This document shows, piece by piece, positions 1-6,313 of a stretch of DNA of 42,048 bases. The position numbers were made by a program, and so were the translations under genes. The notes below the pieces were generated by a model that did no database searches, had not been told where the DNA came from, and was given only the letters and a program-made list of their open reading frames with translations. Source of the DNA: Deferribacteres bacterium (lineage in GTDB: Bacteria > Nitrospirota > Thermodesulfovibrionia > UBA6902); contig JAADFS010000032.1 in NCBI GenBank assembly GCA_013152795.1, positions 1 to 42,048 on the forward strand, read 5' to 3'. The stretch's first letter is position 1, and every line of letters begins with the position of its first letter.

Positions 1-2
1 CT

Positions 3-413
3 TATTATGATGAAAGGGCCAAGGAACGAAAACATGAAACAATAAAGTTTTGGAAAAATGTTTTGCCTGAGTATAAAGTCTATGTGTCGGAAATAACGAT
101 AAGAGAGTTAGAAAATACAAAGAATGAGGCATTAAGAAGGAAATTTAGACATCTTATTGAAAACTTCAAGGTGCTAAAGCCTGTTAAAAAGATTGGGGAT
201 TTAGCTGAAGCGTATATAGATAAAGGCGTGTTCTCAGAAAAATATATTGATGATGCGCTTCATGTAGCTACAGCTTCATACTATGGGATTTCTTATTTAG
301 TGTCCTGGAACTTTGAGCACTTGGTCAAGGTAAAGACAAGGAGAAGTGTAAACCTGGTTAATATGTTGGAAGGCTATAGGGAAGTCGAGATTGTATCACC
401 GCAGGAATTATAA
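3..413 (+). CDS. PIN-domain (VapC-like) protein, 5' end outside window
   Basis: Frame 3 is open from base 3, upstream of the TTG at 63 used by the ORF track. The product (..ERKHETIKFWKNVLPEYKVYVSEITIRELE..DDALHVATA..SWNFEHL) aligns along its length with the ORF at 41709-42048, which shows the missing N-terminus (KVYLETTIVSYL). The spacing of the N-terminal acidic residue, the mid Glu and the D-A-L-H motif fits a PIN fold. The gene is AT-rich relative to core genes. Confidence 0.6.
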   Translation, partial: YYDERAKERKHETIKFWKNVLPEYKVYVSEITIRELENTKNEALRRKFRHLIENFKVLKPVKKIGDLAEAYIDKGVFSEKYIDDALHVATASYYGISYLVSWNFEHLVKVKTRRSVNLVNMLEGYREVEIVSPQEL

Positions 414-424
414 AGAGGTGAACT

Positions 425-637
425 ATGAAAAAGATAGAATATTTTGATTATCTAAAGGTTGCTGAAGAGATGAAAGTGCCTGATGATGTGTTGAAGAAGA
501 TCGAAAAAGAGGTGAAGGAGGAATTCCCAGAGGATAAGATGATGTATGAACTTCATGTGTTAAGGGCACTAAATAGTAAATATTGGCAAAAGGAATATAA
601 AAGGAATATCAGATTAAAAACTGTAAGTAACAGATGA
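425..637 (+). CDS. Small Lys/Glu-rich protein co-transcribed with the PIN gene (possible cognate partner/antitoxin)
   Basis: The ATG lies 11 nt after the PIN stop and is preceded by AGAGGTG. The product is 70 aa. I recognise no family by eye. Confidence 0.45.
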   Translation: MKKIEYFDYLKVAEEMKVPDDVLKKIEKEVKEEFPEDKMMYELHVLRALNSKYWQKEYKRNIRLKTVSNR

Positions 638-676
638 TCTGGTAATTACACCTGGAAGGGCGGAGGAGACCAGGTT

Positions 677-745
677 TTGAATCTTGCAATCCTGAATTAA
701 AATTGAATCTTCAGATTTCATTCCGCCCCCCGACAACTGCCCCCT
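677..745. repeat. X-module repeat, copy 1 (TTGAATCTTGCAATCYTGAATTAAAATTGAATCTTCARAYTTCATTCCGCCCCCC..CAACTGCCCCC)
   Basis: A near-identical ~70-bp copy lies at 4887-4955 in the same orientation. The C-rich end recurs at 3721-3735 and, reverse-complemented, in the G-rich GCAGTTGTCAGGG modules at 5810-5840 and 21925-21945. Confidence 0.8.
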
Positions 746-960
746 GCCCCCTTTGATGAACGTTCATCTTTAATCATGTCGGCAATCCCTTCACTTATCC
801 GATTCAGAGAATTCATTACATCATCAAGAATGAAGCTAAGCCCGAACTGAGAGCAGTCTGAAAACTCAACAGGACATCGATCACTAAAAAAATCCGAAAT
901 AAAAGAAATTTTGGAACGGCAAATATTCAACTCATCTGCCAGCTTGATTAGATGTGACAT
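718..960 (-). pseudogene. HEPN-like gene remnant (C-terminal half only)
   Basis: The product ..SHLIKLADELNI..DRCPVEF..ILDDVMNSLNRISEGIADMIKDE parallels the C-terminal half of the intact HEPN protein at 4126-4518 (..THNLLYLIKLADIKI..TRYPEDF..EEYLKDAERVLKWLKQ). The LIKLAD 6-mer is identical and the R-x-P-x-[DE]-F spacing is similar. There is no N-terminal half upstream, and the 3' end reads into the X-module. Confidence 0.35.
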
Positions 961-967
961 CTCACAC

Positions 968-1033
968 CTCCATGTGATTTTTTCGCTTGCGGGTAGAATA
1001 AAACCCGCAGAGTTGCGAGTGGCTCACATGGAG
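968..1033 (+). other. Nested stem-loop in non-coding DNA
   Basis: CTCCATGTGA (968-977) is the exact reverse complement of TCACATGGAG (1024-1033). The enclosed sequence contains an inner hairpin, TGCGGG (988-993) / CCCGCA (1004-1009). Confidence 0.5.
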
Positions 1034-1304
1034 ACCACCCCGACACCTCACGATGCCAGGACTCTGCGGGTATTGAAACAAAAACACCCCTTTCTCGCAT
1101 CAACTGCGAGGGCCGGGGATAGCCCCCATGTGACTTATTCGCATTTTCAGTATATTCCCAAAGCATCAGAGCTGTCAACCATCAAAAAATATAGGCGGAC
1201 AAACATTTTTTTCTCCCCACTCTCCAGGCCCACCCCCTGCAAGCGGCTCCTCAGTGGCCTATTCCCGGAGCATATCGGCCTGCAGGCTTTTCCTCCAGAC
1301 AAAA

Positions 1305-1373
1305 CTTTACCCTTGCCTTGGGCTAATACTTCTGCTAATATTCTTTATATTAGCAGGGTTCACGTACAGGGGA
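1305..1373 (+). repeat. Long-tail repeat module, left copy (ends AGCAGGGTTCACGTACAGGGGA)
   Basis: About 80% identical by eye over ~69 bp to the reverse complement of 5673-5741. The 22-nt core at 1352-1373 differs from 5673-5694 at one base. Confidence 0.8.
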
Positions 1374-1641
1374 TTTGACCTCGGCTATTTTGCCGGTGTC
1401 TCACCCCATTAGCTCACGCCCATGCCGGGCGTACACAAGGAACTGCTGTGAAATCGAACCAGCATTATTGATTTGGGTTTTGATTATTTTTCTATTAAGA
1501 TCATTCTGATGCATGTTATCATTGTCAAGGGTTCGATTCACTGACTTTGCCGTTGGGCGGGGTCGGAAGAGTGATTAGTGCATTAGTTGGAGCAGTCACA
1601 TTAGGAAAAATCCAATGAAACGACGGAATGTGTACTCGATT

Positions 1642-1670
1642 TTGAGTAGTATCCATTGAGAGCTATAAAT
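1642..1670 (+). promoter_or_regulatory. Candidate sigma70-type promoter for the orphan gene
   Basis: TTGAGT (1642-1647), a 16-nt spacer, then TATAAA (1664-1669). This would give a ~250-nt 5' leader. The call rests on motifs only. Confidence 0.25.
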
Positions 1671-1805
1671 TATCGCCACGTTGTAGCTGCGCAAGTCACG
1701 ACTTGCCGGTCGCGACGTAACGTTTAGACCTTGGTGACTGGGAATTGCCCAGCTAAGGCGCCCTCCGAAGAAAGAGTTTGACTAGGAGGTTCATAAATTT
1801 AACAC

Positions 1806-1888
1806 CCTGCGGTCTCTGCCGCAGGAACCTTATTCGGGGTTTCCAAAGGGGATTACCCCTTTGGTTACTCGCAGGGTAAACGCCCTGC
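1806..1888 (+). promoter_or_regulatory. Three consecutive stem-loops in the leader of the orphan gene
   Basis: CCTGCGG/CCGCAGG (1806-1812/1819-1825). CCAAAGGGG-ATTA-CCCCTTTGG (1843-1864, perfect 9-bp stem). GCAGGG/CCCTGC (1871-1876/1883-1888). All lie within 125 nt upstream of the GAGG-ATG at 1921-1932. Confidence 0.5.
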
Positions 1889-1929
1889 AATGTGATCCGA
1901 CTTTACATCATATACGACACGAGGTAACC

Positions 1930-3462
1930 ATGTTTCTCGCATTACAATTCCCATTTGCAGACCTGCGCGAATTTCTTGGAGATGAGGGCGGGCGACTCCC
2001 ATCTCCGAAAGTGGCCTTACCTAAAAAGATAGGAAGAGATTTTATTCGCTCTTCAGGACTCATAAGGCGTCGCCGTAAAGGGGGAGTCAAGGAGTGGGCG
2101 GGTGAAGAATTGTATTGTAGTGGCGAATTAGCTCTGCGCTTCCCCAATCGCCTTGGGGATATGCAGTTCGGGACTGGTTCTGTAAAAGGGGCTGTGGTTG
2201 ACACGTTCCGTCGTTTCCATTCGAAAGGACCAGTAGCACGCTTCGAAGTCGCTTTTCAGCTTAGAGTCAAATACCGAGATTTTGATGAAGCCTCCGCGCC
2301 AGAGTGGTTCGCGCTTCTGCGGGATGTGCTTCAGATTCCTATGCATAAGCGATACATACCCCAGAAGAGGCTATCGACGAGCAAAATACTGAATCCTTCC
2401 GAGTCATTACAGGGCAGGCAGACGGAGATGCCAACAAAGGTCAATTTGATTCATGCTGGTAATGTCCTGGCACAACATTATCTTGCCGCTACAACAAATC
2501 GCCAGTTGATCCCACAGGTCGAACTTCAACCGTGGTGGTATTGTCCAGGAACGCCTGCTCTTATTGTCGAGATTAAGGAACCTTACTCGCTTCCTATGGC
2601 GCTTCCGCATGCACGAGAGGTACTCCATGTGCCAGATGCATCGGCTTCAATATTCCACGCTTGGCTGGAGTTTGACAATCAACCTTGCAGCGCTTGGTTT
2701 TTTGCCATGGGTGAAGGCGACCCGGACGCGGTTCGGCGACTCCGCATCAACTTGACTCGCCTACATGCCGAACGCGAATGCTTAAACCTTGTTCTCGCTA
2801 ACATCGGAACCACCCAAGGATGCAATATCAAGCTTGGAGATAATCTTAAGCAGTTAGATGCAATTCAGCAATATTTAAATGATGCCTTAGTGTCTATCCA
2901 GAAGCCTAAACGCTTCGGGATAAGTCAGGCTTCTATGTTTGAAGTCGCGCATGATGCTTTTGAAATCGCGATCGAAGGACAAGAAGCAACACTTCAGGAA
3001 ATGGGCTGGCAAGTAGCCGAAAAGGTAGATAACTACATTCGCCGTGCAGAAAACAACGCGAAAATCACTACGGTAATCAAAGGAGATGTCGTGACAACAA
3101 ACATTCAGTTGGATAACGTCTGCATTGGTGGTGACTTCAATGTCGCTACTGCAAAAAATATCGAGAAAAGTTTCAATAGAGTGAAAAAGGCAGAGGTGAA
3201 TAGCGACCTTAAGGAAAAACTAAAACTGCTTACCGTTGAAGTTGCTAAACTTGCAAAAGAGCTTCCGTCTGATAATGCTGAAAAACTTACGAGGGATCTC
3301 GATAATCTTACTTCCGAAGCACTTTCCGCGAAACCTCGCAGGAAATGGTATGAGCTTTCAGCAGAGGGTATCTTGGAAGCAGCGAAGGCCGTAGCCAATG
3401 TGACAGAATCTGTCACCAAGGCTGTAACGGCTGTGGTGGCCACATTGGCCGGATTAAGTTGA
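1930..3462 (+). CDS. Orphan 511-aa protein with no family recognised by eye; alpha-helical/coiled C-terminal tail ending in a short hydrophobic segment
   Basis: This is a long uninterrupted ORF. The ATG at 1930 has GAGG 5 nt upstream, so I prefer it to the TTG at 1861 in the ORF track. Arg codons are mostly CGN (8 of the first 10), whereas neighbouring host genes use AGR (all 4 Arg in the first ~75 codons of cheY). I see no P-loop, nuclease or RT motifs. Confidence 0.7.
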   Translation: MFLALQFPFADLREFLGDEGGRLPSPKVALPKKIGRDFIRSSGLIRRRRKGGVKEWAGEELYCSGELALRFPNRLGDMQFGTGSVKGAVVDTFRRFHSKGPVARFEVAFQLRVKYRDFDEASAPEWFALLRDVLQIPMHKRYIPQKRLSTSKILNPSESLQGRQTEMPTKVNLIHAGNVLAQHYLAATTNRQLIPQVELQPWWYCPGTPALIVEIKEPYSLPMALPHAREVLHVPDASASIFHAWLEFDNQPCSAWFFAMGEGDPDAVRRLRINLTRLHAERECLNLVLANIGTTQGCNIKLGDNLKQLDAIQQYLNDALVSIQKPKRFGISQASMFEVAHDAFEIAIEGQEATLQEMGWQVAEKVDNYIRRAENNAKITTVIKGDVVTTNIQLDNVCIGGDFNVATAKNIEKSFNRVKKAEVNSDLKEKLKLLTVEVAKLAKELPSDNAEKLTRDLDNLTSEALSAKPRRKWYELSAEGILEAAKAVANVTESVTKAVTAVVATLAGLS

Positions 3463-3720
3463 ACTGGAAGCGCTGTGCGGTGAAAGGCGTACGTAATCGA
3501 TTTTTCAAGGCAAAAATAGGGACTATGGGGTGAAATCTTCATAGTTGAGCGTGCCCAGCGAAGGGTACAGCTTACTAACGGGAGAAAGCCCCGAGATGGT
3601 AAAAGCCGGAGCCATGTAGCTTGGATGGCAGGTGGCGATGGAAACGTTGCCTTCTGAAGCCCATCGACAAAAAAGTCGGCGGAAGGCCGGTGAGCGAATA
3701 TCCGGGTTGTAACATATCCC

Positions 3721-3864
3721 TGACAACTGCCCCCTGTCCCCTGTAAACGTTCATCTTTAATCATGACAGCAATCCCATCACTTATTCGATCCAGAGAATC
3801 CATCACATCATCAAGAATGAAGCTAAGCCCGAACTGAGAGCTGTCTGAAAACTCAACAGGACAT
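3721..3864 (-). pseudogene. Second HEPN 3'-end fragment (direct repeat of 731-877)
   Basis: About 88% identical by eye to 731-877 in the same orientation. It encodes CPVEFSDSSQFGLSFILDDVMDSLDRISDGIAVMIKDER. It is cut off at 3864/3865, ~10 bp from the mosaic repeat that starts at 3875. Confidence 0.45.
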
Positions 3865-3874
3865 TGTTGGGTAA

Positions 3875-4090
3875 ACCTTCATTTTGCATAAAGGGCAGGA
3901 GTGCCTGCCGTAAAACCGTTATAAAGCGATAGGATTCTAACAGAACAGGGTGCAGGAAGAAACAAGTCCCCCTCCCGTTGGGAGGGGGTTAGGGGGAGGG
4001 GGCTGAGCTGTTATCCCTGAAGGAATCGCAGATAAAGCTTCTCCGGCAGCCTCCTCTGCCCCACCGGCAGGATTTATGCCACTGTAAGGT
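3875..4090 (-). repeat. ACCTTA-hairpin mosaic element with G-rich cargo
   Basis: Left end: ACCTTCATTTTGCATAAAGGGCAGGAGTGCCTGCC..TTATAAAGCGAT. Cargo: CAGGGTGCAGGAAGAAACAAGTCCCCCTCCCGTTGGGAGGGGGTTAGGGGGAGGGGGCTGAGCTGTTA. Right end: ATCGCAGATAAAGC..GGCAGCCTCCTCTGCC..ATGCCACTGTAAGGT. The sister copy is at 21839-22083. Confidence 0.85.
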
Positions 4091-4125
4091 TTACTTATGA
4101 CCGGTACTATAATAATATAGAGTGT

Positions 4126-4518
4126 ATGAGGAAAGATACGAAAAGTTTTATGCTTTCATCTGAATATGATTTAACAACCGCGAGCCATATGTATAAAACA
4201 GGAAGATATGTGTATGTTGTCTTCATGTGTCATATGGCAATAGAAAAGATGCTGAAAGCTATTGCCGCTGAAGTGACTGGCAAGGCGCCCCCAAGAACGC
4301 ATAACCTTCTGTACCTTATTAAACTTGCCGATATAAAAATCCCGCAGGACCTCTTTGATTTTGTCGCAAAGATAAACAATGCCAGCGTAGTCACAAGGTA
4401 TCCTGAAGATTTCAACAAACTTATAGAGAGCTATCCTGAAAAGGTTGTTGAAGAATATCTTAAAGATGCTGAAAGAGTTCTTAAATGGCTAAAACAAAAC
4501 GAGAAGTTGAAAACATAA
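4126..4518 (+). CDS. HEPN-domain protein (toxin-type partner of the downstream nucleotidyltransferase)
   Basis: 130 aa, with ..PPRTHNLLYLIKLAD.. and ..TRYPEDF.. motifs typical of small HEPN proteins. It overlaps the MNT gene by 34 nt. Confidence 0.75.
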   Translation: MRKDTKSFMLSSEYDLTTASHMYKTGRYVYVVFMCHMAIEKMLKAIAAEVTGKAPPRTHNLLYLIKLADIKIPQDLFDFVAKINNASVVTRYPEDFNKLIESYPEKVVEEYLKDAERVLKWLKQNEKLKT

Positions 4519-4796
4519 TTGAACGTTATAAGGCGGCCCTTCGTGAACTTGGGATAGTTCCCAAGGATATTATCCTGTATGGTTCATACGCCGGGGGTAA
4601 ACCACGTGAAGACAGCGATATTGACTTGATCGTTATCTCTGATGATTTTGCCCGAATGAATCTTCGTGAAAGGCTTGAGATTCTCGGCCTTGCGGCTGGA
4701 AGAGTCTTTGAACCGATAGAGGCTATCGGTTATACAGAGGAGGAATTAAGGGATACAAAAGGCACTTTTCTTGAGGAAATCCTGTCTTCCCTCTGA
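4485..4796 (+). CDS. Minimal nucleotidyltransferase (MNT), HEPN-MNT pair
   Basis: LYGSYAGGKPREDSDIDLIVISD matches the GSxxxG..SDxDL Pol-beta-type NTase motif. 103 aa. Confidence 0.85.
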   Translation: MAKTKREVENIIERYKAALRELGIVPKDIILYGSYAGGKPREDSDIDLIVISDDFARMNLRERLEILGLAAGRVFEPIEAIGYTEEELRDTKGTFLEEILSSL

Positions 4797-4886
4797 AACC
4801 TGCCCTTTTCGCGTCTGTCCCGTGCCTGCTCGTGTCAGGTTTTGACATGATACATATAATCAGAGAAAAGGCCCGAGAATCCGCTC

Positions 4887-4955
4887 TTGAATCTTGCAAT
4901 CTTGAATTAAAATTGAATCTTCAAACTTCATTCCGCCCCCCCGGCAACTGCCCCC
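4887..4955. repeat. X-module repeat, copy 2
   Basis: About 93% identical by eye to 677-745. It sits between the MNT stop and the DUF2059 gene stop. Confidence 0.8.
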
Positions 4956-4966
4956 GGATGTTTATT

Positions 4967-5482
4967 TCAACTGATTGGTGTTTTTTCGGTTAAATCTCTT
5001 AATTCTTTTTGATGTTTTTCCACGAGTGCGTTTATTTGTGGTGTGAGTTTCCAAACTTTCTGCTGGCTGAGTTCCAACATTGAATTTATAAGATAAGGTG
5101 TTTTTTCTACCATCTTTTTCCCGATAGGGCTTTCATAAAATTTTATAAGTTCTTTAATTTCATCAATGGTATAAACGGATAGATAAACGTCAATGTAGTC
5201 ATCTTTGATCTTCTCCCATGACAGCTCTCTTGTAAGAAGATCGAGCAGTTCGGAGTTCTGTTTTTTTAACAGCGGTTTTAATTCCTCTGACATGTCTGTC
5301 TGTTCCACTTGTTTGGAATAAATCTGTTTCAATTGATTTGTGAATTGCTCCATAATCTTTGGGGAGCCCATTAAAATGAGAAGTCTCTCAACATCCCTGC
5401 GATTGTCATCGGTATTATCAGCGAAAACTGTTCCACAACATGCAAGAAGTAATATTGTGAATATACACAGTATTTTTTTCAT
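4967..5482 (-). CDS. DUF2059-like periplasmic protein
   Basis: I place the start at MKKILCIFTILLLACCGTVFA (signal peptide, ATG at 5482) rather than 5536. The C-terminal FYESPIGKKMVEK motif is typical of DUF2059. Confidence 0.6.
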   Translation of the reverse strand: MKKILCIFTILLLACCGTVFADNTDDNRRDVERLLILMGSPKIMEQFTNQLKQIYSKQVEQTDMSEELKPLLKKQNSELLDLLTRELSWEKIKDDYIDVYLSVYTIDEIKELIKFYESPIGKKMVEKTPYLINSMLELSQQKVWKLTPQINALVEKHQKELRDLTEKTPIS

Positions 5483-5672
5483 GCAATACCATCTTAAACG
5501 TCGATTAAATGCATGTCTGAACCGTACAATTACCAATGTAACAACCTGTAAACAATAGAATAATCCACCTCAAAATCAGCACTGCCGACACGTATTCTTC
5601 TATGTACTAAAGGGTGAGCGCCACGCGGAATGGACTCACGAGACTTGGTACCGTGTAAGTATCGGCGTTGAG

Positions 5673-5840
5673 TCCCCTATACGTGAACCCTGCTGATATT
5701 ATTAATGTTACCAAAAGTATCAACACGAGGCAAGGGAAAAAACCACAGGGCGAAAGGGCAGAAAAGTCTGCCGGAAAACGTTATAAAGCGATGGGAATAA
5801 TTACAGAGGGTGCAGTTGTCAGGGGGCAGGGTGCAGGGAG
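5673..5840 (-). repeat. Composite repeat: long-tail module (5673-5741), hairpin/End-C-like module (5751-5792) and G-rich GCAGTTGTCAGGG module (5807-5840)
   Basis: 5673-5741 is the inverted partner of 1305-1373. GGCAGAaaagTCTGCC is at 5757-5772, followed by GGAAAACGTTATAAAGCGAT. The G-rich part overlaps the last codons of the GDYXXLXY gene. Confidence 0.8.
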
Positions 5841-6313
5841 TTTCTTCCCAAGACCCTGAAATCTTCTCCCCGGAGGCCGACGAGAACGCTTTTACCCGAG
5901 GAATCAACTTTTAATTCAGCGTATCGTGCATTCGCATACAACTTCGCATCCCCTTCCTGAAAGAAAAATGACTCTGCGCCAAACCTCGGGCCTCTGCGGT
6001 TGCGATAGAAGAGGAGATGCTCTCCATTTCTCAATGGTTCTCCTTTATGGACTCTCACAAACTTTGCAACGCTGTTGCCATCCAGTGAAACCACGATACA
6101 CCCCTTATCAGCTAATTGTTTTTCGGGGATACTCCCTGCAATGGAATATCGCAGGATCATATAGTCCCCCTGTATAAGGGAACGGGGGTCAACCGGCGCC
6201 AGTCTCAAAAGCATTGTCCGGCCGCCGGCAAGTGTGATTTCTTTTTTAATGATGAGAAAGTTAACAACTATCAAGACAAAGAGAGTTGCTGCCACTAAAA
6301 ATAGTTTTTTCAA
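5819..6313 (-). CDS. GDYXXLXY-domain protein
   Basis: Contains the GDYMILRY motif and an N-terminal TM helix. I place the start at TTG 6313, with GGGAGGAAG 7 nt upstream. It overlaps the upstream stop in a TTGA arrangement, which suggests translational coupling. Confidence 0.7.
   Translation of the reverse strand: MKKLFLVAATLFVLIVVNFLIIKKEITLAGGRTMLLRLAPVDPRSLIQGDYMILRYSIAGSIPEKQLADKGCIVVSLDGNSVAKFVRVHKGEPLRNGEHLLFYRNRRGPRFGAESFFFQEGDAKLYANARYAELKVDSSGKSVLVGLRGEDFRVLGRNSLHPAP

Noticed and set aside
911-1378. ORFs 911-1378 (+, 155 aa) and 948-1178 (-, 76 aa) from the track
   Set aside because: Both overlap each other in a C-rich, hairpin-rich stretch. They have low-complexity Pro/Ser/His-rich products, no SD, and they run into repeat modules. 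I treat them as non-coding.
1520-1545. A tRNA-like GGTTCGATTC (T-loop-like) motif as a possible tRNA fragment or att site
   Set aside because: The flanks do not form a T stem or acceptor stem, and no integrase is nearby.
1615-1659. A 14-codon uORF (MKRRNVYSILSSIH) in the leader region
   Set aside because: It has only a weak AGGA upstream, and it lies upstream of the putative promoter. An ORF of this size in non-coding DNA is well within chance expectation.
1861-1929. The TTG at 1861 as the start of the orphan protein (track coordinates 1861-3462)
   Set aside because: The TTG lies inside the 9-bp CCAAAGGGG/CCCCTTTGG stem and has no SD. ATG 1930 has GAGG at the correct spacing.
3463-3720. A structured RNA (group II intron domain V, RNase P, tmRNA or SRP) in the spacer after the orphan gene
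   Set aside because: I could not find the diagnostic consensus segments of any of these RNAs on either strand. The region remains unexplained but unassigned.
3105-3806. The 233-aa - strand ORF
   Set aside because: Its 5' part is the HEPN-remnant repeat. The rest is an antisense shadow of the orphan gene's Ala/Ser/Lys-rich tail, with low-complexity SFS/ASA runs.
731-3864. A diversity-generating retroelement (template/variable repeat pair) as the explanation for the 145-bp direct repeats at a gene's 3' end
   Set aside because: There is no reverse transcriptase anywhere in the window. The ~15 differences between the copies are a mix of C/T, T/A, G/A and T/C changes plus an indel, not adenine-specific substitutions.
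3986-3996. The telomere-like GGTTAGGGGG inside the G-module
   Set aside because: It is a single occurrence within a G4-type block in a bacterial repeat, and a coincidence with the TTAGGG motif.
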